Below are positions 47,251 to 54,750 of a stretch of DNA of 64,000 nt, piece after piece. The notes under the pieces are model-generated. The model made no database searches, was not told the origin of the DNA, and saw only the letters and a list, made by a program, of their open reading frames with translations. The position numbers were made by a program, and so were the translations under genes. Location of the stretch: positions 735,617 through 799,616 of the forward strand of contig OX638346.1 in the NCBI GenBank assembly GCA_951813515.1, given 5' to 3'. This DNA is from an uncultured Pseudomonadales bacterium. GTDB taxonomy: Bacteria > Pseudomonadota > Gammaproteobacteria > Pseudomonadales > Azotimanducaceae. Numbering within the stretch: position 1 is the stretch's first letter; every line of letters starts with the position of its first letter.

Positions 47251-47616
47251 TTATCCGCCCATCAGCGACTGGGCGAACATGTAGCTATTGCCGTTCGGGT
47301 CGAGGAACGTCGCCAGCTTGACCATGCCGGGAAGCTCAATCGTTTCGCCTTCGAACTGCACGCCATTGGCCTCAAGTTCGGCGCGCGCGGCGTCGATGTC
47401 TTCGACCCCGAACACGGGCGTCGCACCGCCGGTCCCCTCAGCGCCCTGGTTGAGGCCGATGGTGACGCCCTCGGCGGGGGTGCTCACCTCAGCCCAGCCG
47501 GCTTCGGCGACCTTGAACATTTCCTGGAAGCCCAGCTTGTCGGCGAACCATGCCAGTGATGCATCGAGATCCTGCACGGGGATGGAAAGGGTGATCGTGC
47601 CGTCGTAGTCGGGCAT
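47251..47616 (-). CDS. VOC (glyoxalase) family protein
   Basis: MPDYDGTITLSIPVQDLDASLAWFADKLGF...LDPNGNSYMF. Confidence 0.8.
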   Translation of the reverse strand: MPDYDGTITLSIPVQDLDASLAWFADKLGFQEMFKVAEAGWAEVSTPAEGVTIGLNQGAEGTGGATPVFGVEDIDAARAELEANGVQFEGETIELPGMVKLATFLDPNGNSYMFAQSLMGG

Positions 47617-47795
47617 GGGTACTCCTTGTTGGGTTGGTGACGTTGAGACTTGTTGCAAGTGTGCCGCGTCTCGATGGCGTTAGGAAGCCCGTGCCCAACG
47701 CGAAGTGAGGGTGAAACGGGTGTTCGACGCATCCCTTGCCCGTCAACAGAAAAAAGGGGAGCAGGCAGCATCCGCCCGCTCCCCCAAATGTGAAC

Positions 47796-48932
47796 TCACT
47801 GCTTCAGGCGAACCAGTTCGTTCAGCACGCCGTCCAGGCCGCCGTAGACAGACAGGTTGCCGACCTTCTCGGTGACCTTTTCCAGCGTCTCCAGCTCTTT
47901 CAGCCGCAGCGCCACGGCGTTGCTCTCCATGACCTTGGCCGTGTTGAGCAGCGACCGCGTCGCGTTGGTTTCTTCGCGACGTCGGATCACGTTGGCCTGC
48001 GCCGCTTTCTCGGCTTCCACCACCTTACCGAGCAGGTCTTTCATGTCGCCCGGCAAGATGATGTCCTTGACGCCGACGCTTTCGACGGCGATGCCGATCT
48101 CGGCGAAGCGTTCGCCGACGCGCTCGGCGACAATCCGGTCAATCACCGACTTGTCCTCCAGCAACGCATCGAGCGTGCGCGTGCCGACGGCGGCACGCAG
48201 ACCGAACTGGATCTCCTTGTACAGGTGATCCAGCGGATCCTTCGCCGCGCGCACGGCCTTTTCCGCGTCCACGAACCGGTAGGTTGCGGTCAGGTTGACG
48301 CGCAGGCTGACCTTGTCGCGGGTCAGGATTTCCTGACCCTGCACGTCCAGCGTCTTCACGCGCAGGTCCACGACCTCGACCTTCACGGCGGGGCCGTATG
48401 TCCAGAACGCGTGCGCGCCCGGCTCCAGCGAACCGGTCAGCTTGCCGTCGACGTACAGCAGCCCGACGTGCCCATCCGGCACCTCGCGCGTGTAAACGCC
48501 GTACTGGCCCAAACCTCGAAGAGGGCTCAAGGCCGCGAGTTCTCGGGCGAGTTTCGCGTCAAGCGCGAGTCCCGCGTCCAGGTCGAACCGGTCCACGCGC
48601 GTCTCCACCGGTCCCTTCCAGTAGAGCTTTCGCTCCGCCGGGCCAATGACCTCGCCGATGCGCGCGTTCTGGTATACGACCGCCACTTCGTTGGCACCCG
48701 TCTCGACCAGCGTGAACAACCGATCGATGTCCACGCGCTCAGCCTCGACCAGGTAGTCTACGAGCCGGTGCGCGAACATCGGCTCGGCCAGGTCGAAACG
48801 CTCTACGTTGTAGCGTCGGCGAAGCCCGCGAAAGCGGTACGTACCCGGTTCAAGGAAACGGATGAAGTCTCCGTCCTTGAACAGGAGTCCGCGTTCGTGC
48901 TTCAGCACGATGAATTTCTGAACAAACAACAT
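47796..48932 (-). CDS. SPFH/Band-7 (slipin-like) protein with an N-terminal extension
   Basis: The SPFH core is LDVQGQEILTRDKVSLRVNLTATYRFVD...VESVGVKDIILPGDMKDLLGKVVEAEKAAQANVIRRREE. Start at MLFVQKF. Confidence 0.8.
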   Translation of the reverse strand: MLFVQKFIVLKHERGLLFKDGDFIRFLEPGTYRFRGLRRRYNVERFDLAEPMFAHRLVDYLVEAERVDIDRLFTLVETGANEVAVVYQNARIGEVIGPAERKLYWKGPVETRVDRFDLDAGLALDAKLARELAALSPLRGLGQYGVYTREVPDGHVGLLYVDGKLTGSLEPGAHAFWTYGPAVKVEVVDLRVKTLDVQGQEILTRDKVSLRVNLTATYRFVDAEKAVRAAKDPLDHLYKEIQFGLRAAVGTRTLDALLEDKSVIDRIVAERVGERFAEIGIAVESVGVKDIILPGDMKDLLGKVVEAEKAAQANVIRRREETNATRSLLNTAKVMESNAVALRLKELETLEKVTEKVGNLSVYGGLDGVLNELVRLKQ

Positions 48933-49275
48933 GGCCTGCCCTCCTCTTTTCTCTCCAATAAATGCGCCCGTTCCCACAACACCGTCGCGGACCGATGGTG
49001 CCGACGCATCGGACGTACCGCGCGCGGGCGACGCTCTCTCGCCTCAATTCCCTCGAGAGGGATGAAGCGTTCAAGCGACACCTCGCGGGCGATCCGCCGG
49101 ATACGACAGCCGCCGGCTCGGCAGGAGCCAAGCCAGCCCACCCGTCGGCTCCGTCGTTGCCGCGCCAGCCCTTCAAGGGCAGACGCCGGGAACGGGCGCC
49201 CGTGTAACGAATAACGCCCGTTACCAGCGATATGCACGGTTATCAGCCGTGTGACCTCTTTCAAGGAAGTCGACA

Positions 49276-49348
49276 ATTGGAATGCCGGAATCGAACCGGC
49301 AACGCCCAGTTCCCTAAACCGGTGCTCTACCTATTGAGCTGATTCCAC
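49276..49348 (-). tRNA. tRNA-like gene, anticodon loop TTAGGGA (reads AGG, nominally Pro), atypical
   Basis: Minus strand: GTGGAAT CA GCTC AATAGGTA GAGC A CCGGT TTAGGGA ACTGG GCGTT GCCGG TTCGATT CCGGC ATTCCAA T. This is a canonical 73-nt cloverleaf with G18G19 and the TTCGA T-loop, but it has C8, a G1.A72 mismatch, A34 and no encoded CCA. Confidence 0.5.
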
Positions 49349-49540
49349 AGGTTGGGTGCGCACAGACCGCTCGGTACACACCGTGCGATGGGTAGCGTGA
49401 GTGCGCCGGGCGGGATTCAAGAACCCGCGCCATCAGAACGCCGCACGCCGCCCAACCCCAGGTCGGACGAGGCATTTCGCCTCGGCCCTCGCCGCACCGG
49501 AAACCCGGCGCGGCGCGATCCAGATATTTCGTCAAGCCAT

Positions 49541-49573
49541 AAAAAAAGCCCTGTTCGATGACCGACCAGGGCT
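49541..49573 (-). terminator. intrinsic terminator (minus strand)
   Basis: Minus strand AGCCCTG-gtcggtcatcgaa-CAGGGCT followed by TTTTTTT. It lies about 230 nt downstream of the ankyrin gene stop. Confidence 0.6.
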
Positions 49574-49806
49574 CTCTTCCCTGGAAGGCCGAAGCGCCGC
49601 CTTCCAGGAACTACTCCAAGGAAAGTCAACGCACCGTGGTTTCGTCCTCGCACGCACGCGCACCGCCGCGGTCGATGGACTGCGACGGTAGCGACGCACT
49701 CGGCAAATGGGCGCCGAGAGGACGCTTTGCCGTTGCCAGAATCAATGAATTCACGTTCCCCAAAATCCGCTTGTGCCGATGGGAGGCGCGCGAGTATAGG
49801 GGCCGC

Positions 49807-50946
49807 TCACGGCTTGTCAACACTTCTGTTGGCACCCCGCTGTTGAAGCAGCGCCAACGCTGGCTGGCTGTTTCGCCATTCCGGTCCATCGGCGAACGCC
49901 AGGGCGAATTCGAGCGGCGTAACGTCGCGCACTTGTCCCTCGCAGTTGGATGCGCCCAGGGTTTCGAACTGCACGCTGGCGCGCAGCGCCAGGTCCGCAC
50001 CGTGCGCAAGCAACAGTTCGAGAAACGGCAAGCAGTGGCCATCCGGCGAGATTGCCGACCAGGATGCGACGGTGTGAAAGATCGGGCTCTGGCCGTGGCT
50101 GCCCCCGGCGCGGGCGTTGATATCAGCGCCGCGTGACAACAACAGTCGCCCCATCTCGACCTCATTGTAGTCCGCGGCGATGTGCAGCAGTGTTGGCCCG
50201 GGACGGTTGAACGGGAGCCACAGGTAGTCGACCTCTTCGAAGCGCTGATGCACGAGCTGCGGGTCTGCATCGAGCAGCGCCGTCAGCAGATCGATACGGC
50301 AGCGCTGGATCGCCATGACCGCCTCGGGCTGATCGTGCGTCGCGCCGGCGTCGAGCAGCAACTCGATGACCGCATGCTTGTCGGGCGTACGCGCATATGT
50401 CCCCATGGCCATATGCAGCGGCGTCTCGCCGCCCGCTTCGAGATTGGGGTTGGCGCCGAGTTCAAGCAGCAGCGCGACCGTGTCCGGCGCTTCGTTCAGC
50501 ATTTCGGTCGCCGCGAGCAGCGGTGTGCCGACGTAGGAACTGTCTTCCGCCGTCGCGGCGTTTACATCGGCGCCATGCTCGACGAGCAGGCGAACCATGT
50601 CGATCTTGCCCATTGCGGCTGCGCGAAAAAGCGCCCTTGGCGCCTGGGCCAAGTGCGGCTCTCGGGCCAGCATCGCTCTTGCGATGTCGATGTCGCCGTT
50701 GTTGGCCGCAGCGACGAATGCGCCAACGGATTCCTCGAGGAACGTCTTGAGCCTGGCCCAACTCGCGTATCCGCGTTCGCGCGCGATGACGAGTTGGGCA
50801 TCGTTGAGTTTGAAGTTCGCTCTGTCCTTGACGTAAGGCGCGACGCGTTCGAGCGCGGCCCGGTCGTTGTCCCGGACAGACTTCAGCAGTGACTTCGCCT
50901 GCTTCTTGAGGTTCTCCAGGTTCGAACCTGGATATCGGGTAGTCAT
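49807..50946 (-). CDS. ankyrin repeat protein
   Basis: Repeated G-x-TPLH/L-x-A...-V-x-LLL-x-GA-D-x-N units (MGKIDMVRLLVEHGADVNAAT, GTPLLAATEM, ETPLHMAMG..VIELLLDAGATHD, LLHIAADYNEVEMGRLLLSRGADINA). Confidence 0.85.
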   Translation of the reverse strand: MTTRYPGSNLENLKKQAKSLLKSVRDNDRAALERVAPYVKDRANFKLNDAQLVIARERGYASWARLKTFLEESVGAFVAAANNGDIDIARAMLAREPHLAQAPRALFRAAAMGKIDMVRLLVEHGADVNAATAEDSSYVGTPLLAATEMLNEAPDTVALLLELGANPNLEAGGETPLHMAMGTYARTPDKHAVIELLLDAGATHDQPEAVMAIQRCRIDLLTALLDADPQLVHQRFEEVDYLWLPFNRPGPTLLHIAADYNEVEMGRLLLSRGADINARAGGSHGQSPIFHTVASWSAISPDGHCLPFLELLLAHGADLALRASVQFETLGASNCEGQVRDVTPLEFALAFADGPEWRNSQPALALLQQRGANRSVDKP

Positions 50947-51109
50947 GAATGACCTCCTTTCATCAAGCCCAATATCCGCACCTTGGACAGAAAAGAGGAT
51001 CGTGTCGTATCTCTACAACCAGATGGGCATGGCCCTACCCGCGGATCAGGTGCGCTCTGGGGCGCACGCATTCACCGTAACGCTATCCATGGATACGTGC
51101 AACACAGGT

Positions 51110-52000
51110 TTATGCACCGCCGCACTGGCCGTGCCAGGCCATGCCTCGCCTGGCGCCTCCCGCGAAGCCGGTCTGATTCATGACGATGACTCCAATATCC
51201 ACGCCTTCGGCGAGTTCGTCGAGAGCCCATTGCACAACCTGCTCTGGGCTTCGCCCCCGTTCGAGCTCGGCGTAGGCCCGATAGGCCAACAGAGATCTAG
51301 CGATGTATTCGCCGTCGCCCGTCGCGACGATGGCGCCGTGAATACCGGTAAACAAGCCGCAACCGGGCAAGGGGACATCACCCACACGCCCGCGCAGAAC
51401 CGTCGTTGTGCCCCCGGTGCTGAGGCTGGACGCAAATCCCTTACCGTCCCATGCGACACTGCCTACCGTGTCACAACCCAAGGCCTCGCGTAACGGCGTA
51501 TCGTAGTTCCAGGCCCGTTCCAGCTCGGACCTCGACCATTCCCCAAGCGTGTCGGTAACGGCCAGTACTTTCCGGAGCCGGGACTGCGCTGCCGGTGTCA
51601 CCGGATCATGGTCGGCAAAGCCGCAGCGACGGGCAAATGCCGTGGCACCATCCGCCACAAGCACAATTTGCGGGGTCCCGAGCAGGCGTTTGGCGACAGC
51701 GACGGGGTTCCTGACACGCTCGATGGCAGCCACTGCGGCAAAGTCCCCACCGCTCGTCATGCATGACGCATCCATCTGGATGGTCCCGTCCAGGCGGAGA
51801 TTCGAGCCGGTTCCGGCGTTAAAGCGTACGTCGTCTTCGAGGAATTGCGTCGCCGCGATGGCGGCGTCCAGCGCGCCGTTACCACGGGCGATGGCGTCGA
51901 GGCCCGCCAGACACGCATTGCGGGGCCCGTCCGAATTGGCCGGGTTCGAACCCGAACCAGCATGGCATACAACTGCCGGCGCGTTGGTCAATGGGATCAT
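51110..52000 (-). CDS. isoaspartyl peptidase / L-asparaginase (plant-type, Ntn hydrolase)
   Basis: N-terminal HAGSGSN, the autoprocessing site GCDTVGSVAWD, and STGGTTTVLRGRVGDVPLPGCGLF. Confidence 0.85.
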   Translation of the reverse strand: MIPLTNAPAVVCHAGSGSNPANSDGPRNACLAGLDAIARGNGALDAAIAATQFLEDDVRFNAGTGSNLRLDGTIQMDASCMTSGGDFAAVAAIERVRNPVAVAKRLLGTPQIVLVADGATAFARRCGFADHDPVTPAAQSRLRKVLAVTDTLGEWSRSELERAWNYDTPLREALGCDTVGSVAWDGKGFASSLSTGGTTTVLRGRVGDVPLPGCGLFTGIHGAIVATGDGEYIARSLLAYRAYAELERGRSPEQVVQWALDELAEGVDIGVIVMNQTGFAGGARRGMAWHGQCGGA

Positions 52001-52239
52001 TACTGGCACGAGGAGAATGTAATCCAGTGCTCCGACGCTAACAATCGATTCCAAAACTGTTTCTTAGCCGAGCCGCGTTCCGCGGCGCGATGCCGTTCGC
52101 GCCTTCAGTCCATGGTTCTTCTCGTCTGTCGAAGGCGGGCGAACAAAGGAGCGCACGTCGGCTTGCCGAGTGCTCCCCAGCAATCTTGGCGCGGCGGGCG
52201 TTCGGTATGATGCGAGCCAGGCCTTGCCGATGCCCGGGC

Positions 52240-53043
52240 ATGAACGAGGAGCGACCTGATATGCGTGACTTTCCAACGCGTTACGGCAATTGGGCGGTGG
52301 TCGCCGGGGCTTCCGAAGGTCTTGGCGCGGCGTTCGCGACAGAGCTTGCCAAACGCCGCATGCATCTTCTGCTGATCGCGCGGCGCGGCGACGCGCTTCA
52401 AGCGGTCGCGGACAGGCTGCGCCAAGATCACCGCATTGAAGTCCGGGTTCTGGTGCTGGACCTCGCGAGCCCGGCGCTCGCCGGGTCACTCTCGGATGCC
52501 ACGGCCGAACTCGAAGTGGGTGTCATCGTCTACAACGCGGCTTACGTGCCGGTGGCCAGTTTCCTCGAACTCGAAGACGATGCCCTGGACCAACTCCTCC
52601 ACGTCAACGTACAGGGTCCGGTCAGGTTCCTGCGCGCACTGCTGCCTTCCATGCGCGAGCGGAGGCGAGGCGCGGTAGTGCTGATGTCGTCGCTCGCAGG
52701 CATGCAGGGTTCTCCCCGCATCGCCGCCTATGCCGCCAGCAAGGCGTTCAACACCGTCCTCGGCGAGAGCCTCTGGCACGAGTTGTGCGAGCATGGCGTC
52801 GAGGTCGTGGTTTCCTGCGCGGGCGCGATCACCACACCGCGCTATCTGAAGTCCACCGACCGGATCCCACCCGGGACGATGACTGCCGACGCGGTTGCCC
52901 GCGAGACCTTGGACGCACTGGGGAAGGGCCCGCGCGTGGTGCCGGGTGCCCTGAACCGTTTCTTTGCCGTGCTCTTCGATCGCGTGCTGCCGCGCAGGAC
53001 GGCGATCCGGCTCATGGCCGAAAACACGAAAGATCTGAAGTGA
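52240..53043 (+). CDS. SDR family oxidoreductase
   Basis: Cofactor motif VVAGASEGLGAAFA, catalytic YAASKAF. Start at MNEERPD. Confidence 0.85.
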   Translation: MNEERPDMRDFPTRYGNWAVVAGASEGLGAAFATELAKRRMHLLLIARRGDALQAVADRLRQDHRIEVRVLVLDLASPALAGSLSDATAELEVGVIVYNAAYVPVASFLELEDDALDQLLHVNVQGPVRFLRALLPSMRERRRGAVVLMSSLAGMQGSPRIAAYAASKAFNTVLGESLWHELCEHGVEVVVSCAGAITTPRYLKSTDRIPPGTMTADAVARETLDALGKGPRVVPGALNRFFAVLFDRVLPRRTAIRLMAENTKDLK

Positions 53044-54125
53044 CGGATCATCTGGCAGGGTTGTTCGCGCCCTGGCTCGTCTATGCCGCCATATCCGGGC
53101 TGCATCTCGTCCTCCCCGCGCGCCATGTCGAAGGGTATGTGCGTGATGCGCAGAGCGGTGCGCTGCTGCGCTACCGGCTCAATGGCCCGCTCGTATTTGC
53201 CGTCAGCATGGGTCTCTGGTTCGCCGCCGGATACAGCGGCCTCATGCCGTGGGACTGGCTCTGGCAGCACCGCTGGTCCGGAGTAACGGGGGCTTTCGTG
53301 CTGAGCCTCGCGATAACTGCCGCCGTCGTGTTGTCAGCACCGGACAAGGGCCGTGGCGTGTGGTCGGATCTCTATCTCGGACGCCGCGTCAACCCGCAGA
53401 TGCTCCGCGCCCGAGCCGACGCCAAGATGCTCCTCTACCTGGTCGGCGCGGTCTATCTCGAACTCAACCTGCTCTCGTTCGCGGCGCACCACTTCCTCGT
53501 CCATCCCGACGATCCCTCGCCGGGCATCGTTCTCTACGTCGCCCTGTTCACCTGGTTCGTCTGCGACTACCTCGTGTTCGAGCGCGTTCACCTCTACACC
53601 TACGACTTCGTCGCCGAACGTCTGGGCTTCAAGCTCGTCTGGGGGTGCCTGACCTTTTATCCGTACTTCTACGCAGTGGGCCTGTGGTCTGTCGCGGACC
53701 TTCCCAACCCGCAAACGCCCGCCTGGCTACTTGCCCTGTCCGCATTCATCTTCTTCGCCGGCTGGTCGCTGGCGCGCGGCTCGAACATGCAGAAGTTCGC
53801 CTTCAAGCGGGACCCCGACCGTGCCTTCCTGGGGCGAATTCATCCCGAGACCTTCTCCGACGGCAACCAGAGCGTGCTTTGCAGCGGCTTCTGGGGCATC
53901 TCACGACATGTCAACTACCTTGGCGAGTTCCTCATGGCCTGTGGTCTCGCCCTCTCCCTCGGCTGGCCGCTGATGCTCGGCCCCTGGCTCTATCCCCTCT
54001 ACTACGTCGCGCTGCTCGTCCCCCGCGAGCGCGATGACGACCGGCGCTGCGCCGGGAAGTATGGACCGCTGTGGGAGCAATACCGGGCGCGGGTGCCATG
54101 GCGCATCGTGCCGAGGATCTACTAG
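53040..54125 (+). CDS. ERG4/ERG24 family sterol-reductase-like membrane protein
   Basis: The C-terminal signature is FWGISRHVNYLGEFLMACGLAL...LLVPRERDDDRRCAGKYGPLWEQYRARVPWRIVPRIY. Multi-TM. The GTG at 53040 overlaps the SDR stop (GTGA). Confidence 0.8.
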   Translation: MTDHLAGLFAPWLVYAAISGLHLVLPARHVEGYVRDAQSGALLRYRLNGPLVFAVSMGLWFAAGYSGLMPWDWLWQHRWSGVTGAFVLSLAITAAVVLSAPDKGRGVWSDLYLGRRVNPQMLRARADAKMLLYLVGAVYLELNLLSFAAHHFLVHPDDPSPGIVLYVALFTWFVCDYLVFERVHLYTYDFVAERLGFKLVWGCLTFYPYFYAVGLWSVADLPNPQTPAWLLALSAFIFFAGWSLARGSNMQKFAFKRDPDRAFLGRIHPETFSDGNQSVLCSGFWGISRHVNYLGEFLMACGLALSLGWPLMLGPWLYPLYYVALLVPRERDDDRRCAGKYGPLWEQYRARVPWRIVPRIY

Positions 54126-54202
54126 CATCGTGTCCCGCAGCCCGGGAATAGGTATGCTTTTCATCACTCGACTTTCCCAGCATGGATACGGTCGCGCGCA
54201 GG

Positions 54203-54661
54203 ATGAAGGTAGCTATTGGCGACGAGGCCCCCGATTTCGTCCTGCCGGCGGCGGGCGGTGAGACCTTTTCGCTCAGTTCCCTGCGCGGCCGAAAGGTGGT
54301 GCTGTTCTTCTATCCCATGGACGAGTCGCCCGGCTGTACGATGCAGGCCTGCGGGTTCCGCGACCACTACGACGAGTTCGTCGCATCGGGCGCGGAGGTG
54401 GTGGCGATCAACAGCGGTCGGGTCGCATCACATGAACGCTTCGCCGATCATCATTCTCTGCCCTTCCCCGTTCTGAGCGACCCCGGCAACAGGGTTCGCC
54501 GCCGGTACGGCGCATTCACCGGGCCGATCCCCGGACGGGTCACCTACCTGCTGGACGAGAACGGCGTCGTGCGCGACATGTTCTCGTCGATGTTCCGGCC
54601 GCTGGAACACATTCGCCGCGCCCTGGAGTGGATCGGTTCGGAGCAGAGCCGAGACCAATAG
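54203..54661 (+). CDS. bcp: thioredoxin-dependent thiol peroxidase (Bcp-type peroxiredoxin)
   Basis: GDEAPDFVLPAAGGETFSLSSLRGRKVVLFFYPMDESPGCTMQACGFRD carries the PxxxTxxC motif with Cys. Confidence 0.85.
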   Translation: MKVAIGDEAPDFVLPAAGGETFSLSSLRGRKVVLFFYPMDESPGCTMQACGFRDHYDEFVASGAEVVAINSGRVASHERFADHHSLPFPVLSDPGNRVRRRYGAFTGPIPGRVTYLLDENGVVRDMFSSMFRPLEHIRRALEWIGSEQSRDQ

Positions 54662-54750
54662 TCGGCACAGCCCAAGGGGTTCGGGGGGTTCCCAAGCCAA
54701 TCGCTGCTTGCGGTTACAATCTCGCTTTCGCCATTTCCCGCACCACGACC

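Noticed and set aside
47736-49214. 492-aa plus-strand ORF
   Set aside because: It is antisense to the SPFH gene and extends into the intergenic region. No motifs, shadow composition.
43113-49275. A genomic island integrated at the 3' end of the tRNA-like gene, with a direct-repeat att site at its far end
   Set aside because: By eye I found no second copy of the tRNA 3' half (TTCGATTCCGGCATTCCA) at the gene junctions I checked to the left (about 46221..46272 and 43113..43124) and no integrase. The idea is kept only as a remark under the tRNA finding because an exhaustive search was not possible.
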